Notes under the pieces: generated by a model
Database searches by the model: none
Seen by the model: the letters and a program-made list of their open reading frames with translations, nothing else
What the model was told of the DNA's origin: nothing
Made by a program: the position numbers and the translations under genes
Assembly: GCF_009914755.1 (NCBI RefSeq)
Contig: NC_060932.1
DNA length: 64,000 nt
From: the human T2T-CHM13v2.0 reference genome, Homo sapiens
Direction: 5' to 3' (one strand)
In this document: positions 14,511-31,349 of the stretch, one piece after another
Layout: each line of letters begins with the position of its first letter
Numbering within the stretch: the first letter of the stretch is position 1

Positions 14511-15302
14511 CCATAACTGCTGTCCTCTGAAAAAGTCTAGCAGTTTCTCACAGACACAGCCCATGCACATGTCTATGCTTCCACCTTCCCCTTTTAAATC
14601 TGATCCTTCTGCTATGGGAAGATTCCCAGGACATTCTCAATGCAAAGCCGTCTCTCTTCTTCAGGCACTTCTGTCTTAGAGCTTTAAACTCTCTTCCTAA
14701 ACTACTGTTTGGGCACCTGACAACATGAAAAGATCTTGGGCATCCCCCTGTCCAGGCTTACCATTTCACAGATGAGCAAAATGAGACCCAGAGAAGATGT
14801 GATACGCTTGTGTTAGCCTAACTGGTCAATGAAGGCCTGGGATAAACCCCCACTGAAGGATTTACCCCCTGGAGTCACTTTTCATATGCAGAAGAAGATA
14901 ACTCAGCACATAGAAAAGAATCCAGATCATGAAAAGAGCATCCAAGAAGTCAGAATAAACAAGGTAAAGTCTGTAGCAAAACTCACTGTACCCAGAGATA
15001 ACCCTCACACCTACCCTTACAGAATTCCTTTAACCTTACCATAGAATTTTGACAGTTGTTTAAGTAAAAGCTATCTGAAGTTCCAATCTCCAACACACTG
15101 AAAAGGGTAAATTTTGAAAGGGGGGATTTTTAATGGAAAAAAAATATACATGTTCAACAAGAAAACAAAGAATATTTGGGAAAAGAAAATCTGTAACAGG
15201 CAGAAATGCTGAGAGTGGTAAATACTGTCAGGCAACCAACTGACAGAAGGGAGAGGGCAAAACACTACTTTCTTTTAATTATCAGTGTCTGAAATCATTT
15301 AA

Positions 15303-15337
15303 TATACTTCATCTTAGCCAAAAGGCTGAGAAGCGAT
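15303..15337 (-). pseudogene. 3'-truncated U2 snRNA retro-pseudogene (U2 nt 1-35)
   Basis: Minus strand ATCGCTTCTCAGCCTTTTGGCTAAGATGAAGTATA versus U2 5' end ATCGCTTCTCGGCCTTTTGGCTAAGATCAAGTGTA (32/35). Flanked by direct repeat ATCATTTAA at 15294-15302 and 15339-15347. Confidence 0.9.
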
Positions 15338-16104
15338 GATCATTTAAGATAAAGAAAAAACACTTCAGCCATGTAAATTGCCTATGAAGACATCCCCGCA
15401 ATAGCACAAATCTGTTTACGCTTTGCACCATAAACACACATTCTGCTTACTCTGTTCAAAAAAGGAACCGGTAAATGCTTAGTATTTTACTCTAAAATAG
15501 TATTTTTTATTTTTTATACTATTTTGTTGTCTCACTTATCCAGAAAATTCTGCTCAGATGGCATATCGCATTCCCAGATCACATGAGATAAATGAGACAC
15601 TATTACAGTGCCATCACCTGTCAGCTGTTTTTATAGGTAAAGTAGTAAACTTGTGACATTTGTGGAAGAGATGTCCTAAGACTGCTATAAATCCTCACAT
15701 GCTCAGACGCTAGAAGGCAAATCACTCACCCCATGAAATGCAACAGAAATTATCTACTTGAAGGCTGTCTTCACATGTGGGGCCACAGAAATGTCCCTAC
15801 TTTCCCCTGCATCACAGTTCACCTATGTTCAGTGGCTCTGGACTTGTCCTCACTGGTTTTATTTCTGTTTCAGCTGCCACTGAAAGTTTCTTTTACCTGA
15901 TAAGAAATAGTTGCAGCGACTGGTAGACTTGCTGAAGAAATTCATACAACCCCTTTTCTTATTTCTCTACACTGCATTTGTTGTGTATTTGTTTATGTCA
16001 TAGATGCAGGCTGACAAATCCAGTATCTGGTTCCTAATCCATCAGAAATGTCTAAGAACTCACTTAGAGTGCCTTCTCATTTCACCATTGGTACTAGCAG
16101 CTGA

Positions 16105-16414
<310 letters not shown>

Positions 16415-16677
16415 AGTACTAGCAGTTGACTTCCTTTTCAGAGCCCTTCTTCCCTTGCAGAGAACTGCAATGTATTTCTCACCTCATGAAGACCATCAGG
16501 CAATCAACAATGAGTAGAAAATGAAGGCAGGTTAGGATTCCAGCACTGAAGTAGAAGCCTGGGTTCCTCCTCAAGTGGCCTGCCAGCCTCGCGGAGTTCA
16601 AATGCAAATGACCTGGTTAGTTTTTTTTTTTATTAATTTTTTTCTCATGGCTAATATTAATGATGGATTGTATTCTA

Positions 16678-16998
<321 letters not shown>

Positions 16999-18100
16999 GA
17001 TGAACATGATAAAATCACTGTGCTTTCAGGATTCACATTCTAGAGAGAAAGACAGGTAAACAGAACAGGACTCAGATGATAAATGCTTAACAGAGTCTGC
17101 CCATGGTATAAGGGAACAAAAAGGAGGGCATCTCCACCTACTGGAGGGTCTGGACAGTTTGATAGCAGATGTTTTTTTACCAGAACTGAAGACTGAGCAT
17201 GTGTTGGCCAAGACAACAACATCAGAGCGAGCATTTTAAGGAAAGATAATCGTGGAAGCAAAGGTAAGAAAAACCAGCTTGTTATGTTTGGCCACCTTGA
17301 GGCAGTTCGGCAAGGCTGGAGTGCAACAGGCAGACACGAATGGGGGGATGGGAGAATGCTGGAAAGGCCGACGTGGAGCGGGACGAGGGGTCACATCATG
17401 TGGATCCCCTAAGTCACCTTCACAGGTGCAAACCTGTCCTAGAGGAAAGGGGAGCCGGGTCAGCGTTTTAGCATGGGAGAGGTGAGATCTTTCAGGATAT
17501 TCACCTTAGAGCAGTGTGGGGCGCAGGTGGATGATGGCAGGGAACGAGATCAGAGAGCAACAAGGAAAGAACCACGATGGTTTAGCAGGAAATGACAAGA
17601 GCCTGAACTAAGATGGTGGCAATGGAGGTGGAAAAAAGCTTGAGAGAATGTTGTTAGAAAATGTCATGGCAGGTGAGGGAGAGGGAGAAAAGGAGGCTGA
17701 CTCGAGTTACAGGTGAGACAGGGATTATGAGCTAAGCTTTGGACGGGCTGATTTGAAGAGGTGTATGAGTAGATTGGAAGCTTGGCGGGCAAGCCTTTTG
17801 TAGACATACAGATTTAGACATCCCCACTGTGTAAGCTGAAGCTGTGGATGTGGGTCAGGTCAGCCAGGAAGAGTCTGTAGATTAAGAAGAATGAGCTCAG
17901 GATGCAGGCTCAGGATATGCCAAACCTTCAGGTGCACAGTGCATGGATGTGCAAGGGTCACTGAGAAGTCCCAATGACAGAAGCACTCAGAGGGGCAGAA
18001 GACAGCAGCATCAAGGAACCCAACAGATAAGTGAGGGCCTGCTCAACAGTGCCAACCACTGCACCAAGGTTAACTAAGATAAGGATGAAATTGGCCCACT

Positions 18101-18417
18101 GCCCTGAGTGCGGTGGCTCATACTTGTAATCCTAGCACTTTGGGAGGCTGAGGTGCAAGGATCACTTGAGGCCAAGAGTTCGAGAGCAGTCTGGGAAACA
18201 CAGCAAGACCTTGTCTCTAGAAAAAAATGTAAAAATTAGCAGGGCATGGTGCTGTGCACCTGTAGTCCCAGCTACTTAGGCGGTGCAGGCATGAGGATCC
18301 CTTGAGCCCAGGAGATCGAGGCTACAGTAAGCTGTGTGTGCACCACTGCACTGCAGCCTGGGTGACAGAGCAACACCCTGTCTCAAAAAAAGAAAGAGAA
18401 AGAAAAGAAAAAAGAAA
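18101..18417 (+). mobile_element. Alu (AluJ-like)
   Basis: Diverged Alu consensus with an A/G-rich tail. Confidence 0.93.
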
Positions 18418-19581
18418 TAGCCCTCTGGATGGGGCAAGGAGGAGACCATCCACAGGTAGTCTTATCAATAAGTTTCAGGGGTGTAAGACAGCCTGGGATA
18501 GATTTGAAAAATGATAAGGGATGAAGGGGCAGCAGTGAGTTGAGTGTTTTTCCTTCAATTCCTTGAAAATGTCAAGTTTATTCCCACTTCAGAACCTCTG
18601 CCCTTTCTTTCTGCTCTGTCTGGGACACTTCCCCAGGTCTGGCACGGCTACATCCTTCCTACCATGTAGGTCTCCGCCCTGAAGCCACCTCCTCAATGAG
18701 GCTTTACCTACTCTCAGTCTCTGAAGCCCCCCACCATCCCACAGACACTCTCTGTTACCTTTTCACACGACCCCATTCTGGGTTTTTCATCGCACATTAT
18801 CTGAATGTGTTTACTGCTTATCTATGCGTTACTCTTCCTGCCATGGGAAGGTACACTCTGTGAAACCAGAACTTGGTGTCTGCAACCCTAATGAATATTT
18901 GCTTCACAGAAGGAGAAAGGGAGGGAGGGAAGAAGAAAGGGAAGGTGCTTGGCTAAAAAGGGAATAAATGCAATAGGGTAGAAATCAGAGGAATTACCGA
19001 GTTGACAGAATGTTTTTTAAAAATATTGGAAAAAGCAACATACTTCCTTCATATGCTGATAAAAAGGAACAAATAGAAATGGATAATACAGATGCAGGGA
19101 CGGAGTGAGAAGGTGAGAGGTGGATGGGACCTACAACCCCGCAAAGTACTTGGTATCAGACAAAGAAGGGTTACCTAGTTCCCACAATGGGGATGGAGCA
19201 GAAGGCTAGGGATACAAATAGAGAAAGCTTGGGGCAAGGAACCACAGGAGCTCATGGCGCTAAGTCGTTAATTTCTTGGTGAAACAGAATGAGGGAATTA
19301 AAAGTAGAATAATGGGTTTATGAGGAGTGCTGGAGGCTGGGATGGGACAGTGAGCACGGAGATGAGTAAGGATGTGGGAAACAACGCAGAGGTGCAGGCA
19401 GCGAGGCCAGAGAGCATGAATTTGCACTGACATCAGCACGCGCATTCAGTGACTTCTCTCCAGCAGCGTGAGGAACACAGGCAACAGAGGAAACAAGACG
19501 GTGACTCACTGAGCTTGGACTGGACTCTGCAGACAGGTGTGAGGGCAAGGAAGGCAGGCACTGGGAAGCGAGTGGCGGAAG

Positions 19582-20639
<1,058 letters not shown>

Positions 20640-23579
20640 GAGGGGTTACATTATGGGGTCCAGGTTGAGAGAGGAGCAGAGGAGCCTAAGGAAAGGTAGA
20701 GTACAAGGACAGGAAAGGGTGAAAGCTTAGATGCAGTGAGAGTAAACAACAAGGCTGAAGTGAGAAAACTCAACGGAAGAGATGGGGAAGAAACAGATTC
20801 TGAGGATGTTTAAGTCTAACTTGCTCCAGGTGATCAACAGCCCCAGAATGAAGCTGTCCTGGAAACTGGGCCTCTGCACTTTTCTCCCTCAATGCTGTCT
20901 CTAGAGCTGGCTGGACCCAGATATCAGGCTGCTCAAAACAACTCCACAGATCTCTTTTTCACCTTCACTTCCTATTGTTGAAGAACTGTGGGTTTCTAAT
21001 GAAGAAATGGCAGATCCATCTATTCCCATCATCTTACCTTAAGACACCAAGGGTTAGAAATTACACTTGCAGGATGCCTACTTGGACTCAATGGAGTTTA
21101 AGAGGCCAGTCAGCAAGGGTAGAGGCAAAGATATTAGGGAGTTCTACAAAGATTCCAGAACAAACAACATGCAAGGAGGGGAAGTCACAGCTGCCATTAT
21201 TAGGGCCAGTTTCCAAACAGCTGTAGGACTTCCTCTGCAAACACATTCGAATGTATATCCAGGATGTCGTGGGAAAGCACAAAACTTAAGATACAGGCAG
21301 AAGCAATAAGCAGGAACCAAAAGGTCAAAGACCAAGGAATGTGTGACCAAGCTATTGTCTTTGGCCAACCATTGACCTCGTCCATATGCAACTTACCACC
21401 AAAGTAGAGGATGTGCAGTCTAACTGAAATTTCCATCACTCTGACTCACGTCCATTTTTCAAACCCTGTTCACAAATATTATCTTGATTTTGAAGTATCT
21501 TTCAAAGAGGTAAGCCATTTACTCATTTTGAAAAAGTTAAAGTAACCAATTCAAGGTTGCAAATGCTATGCTCCCAGACCAAAGGGCACACGAGTAAGAA
21601 TCTGAGACCAATGTCAAAGTACAGCTCTTTCAAGGTGAATCAACTCGGCAATCAAAAGGATGTTTTAACTCTTCTTTCTTTTCTGTTCTTCCTTTCTTTT
21701 TGAGACTGACTTGAGAATAGAAAAACATAAAGATGCTTCAAAAAGCTTATCAACTTTCCAAAGCATATCAGAAAAGTCTTAAAACTCATCTTTGAAGAGT
21801 AAGATAATATAATACTCATTCATTGATATCAATTTCTTTATATTTAAAATATGGAATAATACTTCTTCATAGGGTTACTTTGAAGATTAAATAAATATAT
21901 GTAAAACATTCATGCCTGATACATAGGAAGTACTCAGTGATGTTAGAAATAACTATAATAATTGTTCTTACTATTATTATCATGTCATTCTACTTTGTTC
22001 CATCAATCATTTAATGTATTACTGCTCTCAGTCAAACAGGTCAGGACTCCATAGCAAGTACTTCACTTGCTCTACCGGCATTAAATATGCTTGAAAGCAG
22101 AATGCAATTGCTAGTTTTTTCAAGTCGCCACTGTGGACCCAGAGATGTAAAGATTTTTGATATTCTGGTAAAAAGCCTCAGGATATACAAATTAGCATAT
22201 GTAATATTCGGGTCAAGGCAATGTTTTAGCAAGATTGCTAGAGGATTTTTTTGATATTGCTTGAAAAACCCATTTCTAATGCATAATATCAACTGAAAAT
22301 TTCAAATGATTAACCCGAAAGCCCTTTGTCACTTACCATGACCTTTCATCTCCCCTCCCAATCATCTGTTCTAGTTGTAAAACCCTGCCTTGTATAACAC
22401 CTACATCACCATCCGCCGTCACTAACATGATTATCACAGGGTCCTTCCCAGACACACAGAGTCTCCTGGCTCTTCCAGACAGCCTTCTGTGGTTGACCAA
22501 CACCCATGGTACAGACTTGCAGCCTAACCCTGGCTTCACCACTGACTTTCTACCACCTTAAATAAGATATTTAATGACTCAGGTTTCCCACTTCCTAGTC
22601 TTAAAAATTAGACCACAGTATCTGTTCAAAGCCTCAACATCAACTGCTTTGTACTTCAAGAAAAGTCAAAAGTAGTGTCTCTTAGAAGCATTGGTTTTGT
22701 TGGAATGACTCATCTAATTAATTAGTGGTGGAAATTCATTTTAGCTTTACAAATAGGCTATAAAGTTTAATCCACTGGATATTTGGGGAAAATATATATG
22801 TATTTCTGTGGAACTTCTAAATGACAGAGAAACCACAGCAAGCTGAAGATCAAGAAAAGAATTATAAGCCCAGAAAACAGGTCACAATTTTCTACTATAA
22901 TAAAATGAATTGACCTGTATTCATCTATGCCAGTAGAAACTGGTAAGCTTGAGAAAATACAGGTTCTTGGGCCTATTAAATTGAGGTCTGAGGACTAGCT
23001 TTTGGAAACCATTCATTTATCTCAAACTGGTACATTGTAAGCCTTTAGTAAATCTTAGTAAAAAAGAACTAGCCATTACAATAAATAATAACAATGGTCC
23101 AGATCCATGGAGCTTCTGATGAGAGATAAGCTACGACCAATGCCAGCTAAACAGGTGCTATAACAAAGCCTGGATTTCTTGTCTCTGTGGGCTCCATGGA
23201 AGTCTTCAAAAGGGAAAGAAACCAACACTCCCACCAACCTAGGAAAACAATCTATGTGAAAAGCACATTTGTAGACCCAATTCTTCCTCTACCCTTTGAA
23301 TATCTACTTTCCAATATAAAGAAAGTTGGAAACTATTATCAAAACTTTGGCAGTATTTTTAAAATTTACTTATTTATTATTTATTTATTTATATTTGGAA
23401 ATGTATAGAGCAGGTAGTGTTTTAAGTGGAATCGAAATAACATATCATTTCTTGCAATCATTGTAGGGTCTTAAGGGCAGTGACTAAAGCCCAGATGATA
23501 GTGAATGGAGAGATATGCTTCGGCTGACCCATCAATCCAATAACTTATTCACTCAAGGACCCATCAATAAGCACCTTCC

Positions 23580-23895
<316 letters not shown>

Positions 23896-25226
23896 GCAAC
23901 TTCCATTTTTGGTAACAGACTAGAATATACAAAGATGAATAAAAACATAGACCTTGCTATGGAAAGGGCTCAAATTTGCAGCACAGAAACAGAAGTGAGC
24001 AGCTATAACACCGTGGTCAGGGCCAGGGGTGCACTGCGAGAAATCCCTAACTCTGCTGGGGAGATTTTGAGAAGGGCACCCAGACAGGGGAGTCTCTAAG
24101 TTAAGAAGGAGGAGCTGTAGAGCAGGCACACTTAACAGGGGTTGGATGAGGAAGATTCTCCAGGCCACTTGACCAGAGTGTACAAGAGTATGGAGGAAGA
24201 ATATGGCACAATCAGAAAAATGCAGAAGCCGAGAAAGTCTGGGAAATAGACCAGGTAGAGAATGCAGTAAGACCTGAAGCTGAAGGGCCAAGAAGGCAGC
24301 CTGTGAGTCACATAAGGAGGTCTCACCATTTGCCACCACGAGGGTTTTGGGGTCTGTTTGGATCTTGGTTTGGTGGTTTGCTTCTATGTTCAGACAATCC
24401 CTACAGCTAAAACAAAATCTGTAACAATCTGAATATTAAGCTGTACAAAAGTATGTTCCAATCACCATAAAGTTTTGAAGGAAAGCCCCCGGAGAACAGC
24501 TTTCAGTCAGAAGCATCAATCTTGTGCCACACTTCCCTCCACAACCTTGGAAACACAGACACAAACACAGACACACCCTCCACTGATCACCAAGGGAAGA
24601 TAATGACACACAACGAGTAAGTAAAAAGTGGTTTCCTTTGAGGTGAAAAGCACACAAGCAAACAACTTAAATACTGAAGATGAGGTTTGTCAACCCAACA
24701 GGAACATCCTTTTTCACAGAATAATCTGCTCAGAACGCCAAACTATGTTTTGGTCACGCTAAACTCCTGTGTTGTGGCAAGTCATAGAGTGACAGCTCAG
24801 ATGACAAAGCCAAGCAATGGCCTTACAGAGACAGCCTGGCACGTGAGAAAGAGAGAACTGAATTTCCATTCCATTTGACCATTAACTTACTCTAAGACTT
24901 TGGGCAAAGTCAATTCTCAAAGCCTCCATTTCCACAACAACACAGATACTAAATGAAACATGACTTGCCATGTCCACGAGAAGCAATGAAACAGAAGAAA
25001 GACAATTGTAATCTTAGGATTTTGACAGCCACCGCCCCTACAAAATTCCTACAGTAACTTTATTAATGTATCCTATGACTGAGGTTGTACCTCTCTAAAG
25101 AATAAAAACAATTGAATAAGATGTCAACTGAATATGGCCATTTTTCAGATGATAGTTTAAGAAATTTTTTAAAACTTGGCCTATAGGAATAGATAATACA
25201 TAGCCAATTTGAGTGTACTCCCCCAG

Positions 25227-26065
<839 letters not shown>

Positions 26066-26639
26066 TGTAATTGATCATTACTGGCAGGCAGAAGTTTTGC
26101 TGTATGTTCTCTGACAAGTTCACAACATGTAAATATGCTATGCTGTCCATCAAGAGCAGATGCCACCATTATCAGTTACTGCACTTTCAGTGTTAGCAAC
26201 ATCCTCTTATGCCACTCCAGGCATGCGCTGGAACATAAGGCCACTCAGGCTCCCCATAGAGCTGGGCAGTGGGGGTTCCCTGTGTAGGACAAAGATTTTC
26301 CTCAGAAAAAAGTTCTGGGTCCACTAAACACGTGGACAAATGGGTGGCTAAGACCCCAAAATCCCACACAACTGAGCACGGCTATAATGAATTCAGCCTA
26401 GAAAACTTTTCCAGCGGACGATAGCACACTCTTACTTTGGCCATAAAATCAAGCAAATAAACAAAGACCCCTGATTAAGTACCCACTGATAGTTATCTTT
26501 AATTTAACTTCTTGGCATACTCTCTAATATAAAAATGCGCCTTGGTTATGTAACTGGTTAACTTGGGAGACATAAACTCTAACTTATTAGTAATTATCTT
26601 AAAACTAAATGGTCTTCATATCCCAATTAAAAGGAAGGG

Positions 26640-26845
26640 CAGGCTCTAGAGCCGGGTGTGAGCCCCAGCTGTGTCATTTTGGGCAAGGTGCTTAACCTTT
26701 CTTTGCATCTATGTCTTCACTTCTAAAATAAGAATGATCGTAATACAATAGCTACCTCACAGGGTGGTTGTGAGGACTGAAATACATATGTAGCACTTAG
26801 AACAATACACAAAACATTTCAAGCACTTGATGGATGTCAGCTAGA
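26640..26845 (+). mobile_element. MIR
   Basis: TTGGGCAAGGTGCTTAACCTTTCT...CTACCTCACAGGGTGGTTGTGAGGACT MIR core. Confidence 0.65.
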
Positions 26846-27064
26846 ATACTATTTGGGAGTGTGGGAAGAAAGACTTCGGTTCCTCCCATACACGTCCAAA
26901 CTACTAAGAAGCCATGCGCCAGTTAGACAGTCAAATATATTTCATGATGTTTGATGAAGAGTAACACAGTTTCCAGGGACCCCACCTCCTGAAGAGGCAC
27001 AAGCTTGAGAACTATTAGATGTCAGGTGATTCTAGCTCTAGGTCTGGTGGTTCCCGTTAAACAG

Positions 27065-27545
<481 letters not shown>

Positions 27546-28750
27546 GAGGGAGTATGATTTCAATGATTCCATAATCCAGTGATTCCTGCAAGGAGGTAAC
27601 ATCATTCACAGGCAGTCATGGGACACTGGTACTTCGCTAATAACATATTGCTCCTCTTCAAAGCAATTCTAGGAGTTAAGTGATGATAAAAATAATGACC
27701 CCCCCTTTCTCCACTGCTGAATTGCTCCACTGCTATAAATTGCTTCAGTAAAAAAGCATTAATGTTGCCAAAGCCTAATGTGACGAAGCTACTTATCCCT
27801 TGAAGGGCAATATTCAAATGAAACAAAGTAAACAACATTGATATCAAGAACTTTCCAGACCTCTGCATTCACTACCCTCCTTAAAGGGATCTTGTCATGT
27901 CATTTTAGGTTGCTAATGTTTGGATGGTAGGAAAAACACCATCCAACATGCAGAAGAAATACTGAGAAGCAGGATGAGTTCTTGAATGACTGGAGAGTGA
28001 CTTATTTGATGATCCTATAGACACAGAATGCAAAGTTAAAACACCAAAGGTTACATGGTCTTATTAATGACTGCTATTATGATACATGCATTGTTATGAT
28101 GCGATGAAGCAGACTTGAAAGAAATAGGAGAAAATACAATTCAGAGCAGGGAGCCATCTGCGTAACTTGTGGAAAAGTTGTCTTCTGGGCCCAGGACACC
28201 GTCTCTTCCCTTATATGAAGCTGGAATCATTACAGCTGTCACCAACGCAGACTAAAACATCTCAACGGCCACAGCTATAAAGAAACACACTCCATTGTCT
28301 TTGGATGAGAGTCTGTGCTCTGGATAGACTATGGGAAAAAGTCCATTAAGGACTCTATCCATGGTGAGAACCAGGATTCTCAAAGAGCCATTGGCGGCCA
28401 GTAGTCCAGGCTGGCCTTTGGTTTTATCAGTGTTAATAATTTGACACAGCTGTGGTTATTCTTTTTCTTTCATTATTATTATCAAACCTGGATACTATTT
28501 AATGGTCCTCATTAGTTCTGTCTTATTCTCCTTCATATGCTTATTATGTTTTAACTACAGTATTGAAGGCTTGGGGGAATTGTGATGCCACATGAAAGGT
28601 ATAAGAAGTGCTGTTCTAACCAGGCAAATACCCAGAATTAAGGATGTTCATGCAGATACACAGAAAGCCCCGACTGTTAGGATTCCTCATTAAGTTCCTT
28701 CAGAAGCTGTGTGATTTAACAAGAGCCTGAAGGAAAAGCCGTATTTCTTG

Positions 28751-28890
28751 ACTTAGAAAAAAAAAAAAAAAAAGATTCCTCTCCGTAGATCACACTAATG
28801 CCTGTCTTCAGGAAAGAACTTAGAAAAAAAAAAAAAAAAAAAGATTCCTCTCCGTAGATCACACTAATGCCTGTCTTCAGGAAAGAACTT
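28751..28890. repeat. Tandem duplication, 67/69-bp unit containing a poly(A) run
   Basis: ACTTAG-A17 or A19-GATTCCTCTCCGTAGATCACACTAATGCCTGTCTTCAGGAAAGA occurs twice, followed by ACTT. Confidence 0.95.
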
Positions 28891-29096
28891 TTCCCTGTAT
28901 ACTGGGATTCCATTAAAAACCCAAGTGTGATATAAATATTGGGATGACAGATACCTCTTTGTAGAGTACAGAACCCTAAAATAACTGTTCTCAACATGGT
29001 AAGCTTATTTTCTTTTGTTTGAATTACAAATAACTACAACAATGCATATTTCAGTTGCCTTCCTTCTTAAATTCTGAATAGGAAACAAGTCATGTA

Positions 29097-29620
29097 TTTT
29101 ATTTTTATTTTTTGCTTTTATTTGAAGTTCAGGGATACATGTGCAGGTTTGTTATATAGGTAAACTTCTGCCCCAGGAATTTATTGTACAGATTATTTCA
29201 TCACCCCAGTATTAAGCCTAGTACCTATTATTTTTCCTGGTCCTCTCCTTCCTCCCATCCTCCACCCTCAGAGGTAGGCACCAGTGTGTGTTGTTGCCCT
29301 CTATGTGTCCATGTGTTTTCATCATTTAGCTACCACTTATTGGTGAGAACACGCAGTATTTGGTCTTCTGTTTTTGCATTAGTTTGCTTAGAGCTGGAGT
29401 GGTCTCCAGCTCCATCCAGGTTCCTGCAAAGGACATGATCTTGTGCTTTTTTATGGCTGCATAGTACGCCATGGTATGTACATACCACATTTTCTTTATC
29501 CAGTCTACTGTTGATGGGCATTTAGGTTGATTCCATGTCTTCGCTGTTGTGAGTAGTGCTGCAATGAACATATGGGTGCCTGCGTCTTTACAATAGAACA
29601 ATTTCTTTTCCTTTGAGTAT
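29097..29620 (-). mobile_element. L1 3'-end fragment (L1PB-like)
   Basis: GGGATACATGTGCAGGTTTGTTATATAGGTAAAC; the minus ORF FIAALLTTAKTWNQPKCPSTVDWIKKMW resembles the L1 ORF2 C-terminus. Confidence 0.9.
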
Positions 29621-31157
29621 TTTAAACAAACCTAGCAAAGAGCATAGTTGCTGACCCATCATTGGGAATTTCTAGTTCCCTGAGGTTCAGTGATCTGGAG
29701 TGTCCAGCAATGAAGAAGTAAAACGTGTATTTACAGACAAGGGCTCATTTCTCTTCTCATTTCCTATCCCTACCAGGCTCACTCCAGCAGTGAGTTGCCT
29801 TTAAGATTAGAAGCCACACCAACAACACTGGGAGGAAAAACGAGGAATATTTCTTCTTTCTAAACAGTTACTCTAAAGTTTCCACCCGGCATCAACACCA
29901 GGCAATATCGACTCATTCCCCTCTTGTGCCCTGCTGTTTTGGCTCTCCTACGAGAGTGAGGGATCCTAGGTCTGTGTACTTCTCAAGTTCCAATTGCATG
30001 AGGTCATCTGCCCGTCCAAGTGCCTAAAATGTTGTCTACTGCTGGAAATATCACAGTGTAAGTCTTTTTCCAAGTTTTAAAGGCTGTAATTAATCAGGCA
30101 TTAGCTTTACAATGACCAGTTCTTATGTGCGGCTAATAAAACCATCCTTCATCTTTCCAGTCACATCTTACTCCTTTCTAACTTTATTTTGCCACCGTGC
30201 CAGTCTTCTCATTTCCTGAATGCCTTGTGCCCATCGACCTCTGTGCCCTGGGTGTCTGTCCTTATAGTCTGCCCCATACTCCTGGTTGGCACCTTGCTAG
30301 TCACGGTCCTGTTTTAATCTTCATGTGTCTACGACGTCTCATTTTCCCAACTCAGAGTAGAAATTACATCTTATTCAAAAATCTTGACTACATCCTAGGG
30401 CCTAACAAATGGGAAGGTGCTTAGCAGGTGCTCGATAAACACCTGTGGACAGGAGTGACTTTATATAAAGATCACAGGTCTTTAGCTAAGTACCCTGCCC
30501 AAGATCTTCATCAAAGTCTACCCAAACCTCCTCTTGAGCTCAAAATCACAGTGGGGACACACTTAAGAACACCCTAGAACCACCCTGTGAAAACAAAGTC
30601 CCAAACTGGAGATAAGCACACATCCTTATGGTCAAAATTTTATAATCAAAATGACATCATAGTCGTTTCTGTATCCTCAATGCCTCCCTCTCTGGCTTTT
30701 CTACCCGGGCCATAGAAAAAAGTGCTGAGCTCATGTTGCTGTGATTATACCACAGGTGACAGGACTAGAACACATCCCAGAGTAACCCAGACTTAAGCCA
30801 ACAAACATGTATCAAACCCATCTTATGTGCAAAGCTAAAACTTATGGAGATACAGAGATAAAACAGTATTTTCTCAACTGAAGCAACTTTTGAATACTTA
30901 GAAGTACTCAAAATAATTTAAGGGTTTCAAAATGCTGGCAGGAGTGCAGGGGGCTTTTTTTTCCATATACTGCAGCTACTCAATAGGACATAGGCAAACA
31001 CACCGATGCTTTCACGTTATCAGCTCTTTCCATCAAATCGCTCATGACTCCGATTAAATACACACACAGCCCTACTCCTGAGTATACACACTAGAGCTCA
31101 GCACAGCTACCGCTCCTACCATTTCCTTCCTCTCTTTCAGCGCTGAGCACCTAGATC

Positions 31158-31345
31158 AGCGCTGGGAAACAGAATGTTCGGTGATAATGGACATGTTCTT
31201 AATCCATTTTGTCAAACGGCTACTGTACACTTGAAATGTGGCTAGTGAAATTGAGGACATACATTTTTAATTGTATATGATTTTAATTAATTTTTGTTTA
31301 AAATAAGCACATGCAGGGAGCAGCACTGTGCTGGACAGTGCCGTT
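31158..31345. mobile_element. MER3-like hAT relic
   Basis: CACTTGAAATGTGGCTAGTG...TTTTAATTAATTT...CTGGACAGTGC. Confidence 0.6.
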
Positions 31346-31349
31346 TTAG

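Noticed and set aside
15890-15912. Recursive-splice-like site CTATTTCTTATCAG|GTAAAA on the minus strand
   Set aside because: Short pyrimidine tract and weak donor; such matches are expected by chance in a 46-kb intron and cannot be supported without nascent RNA data.
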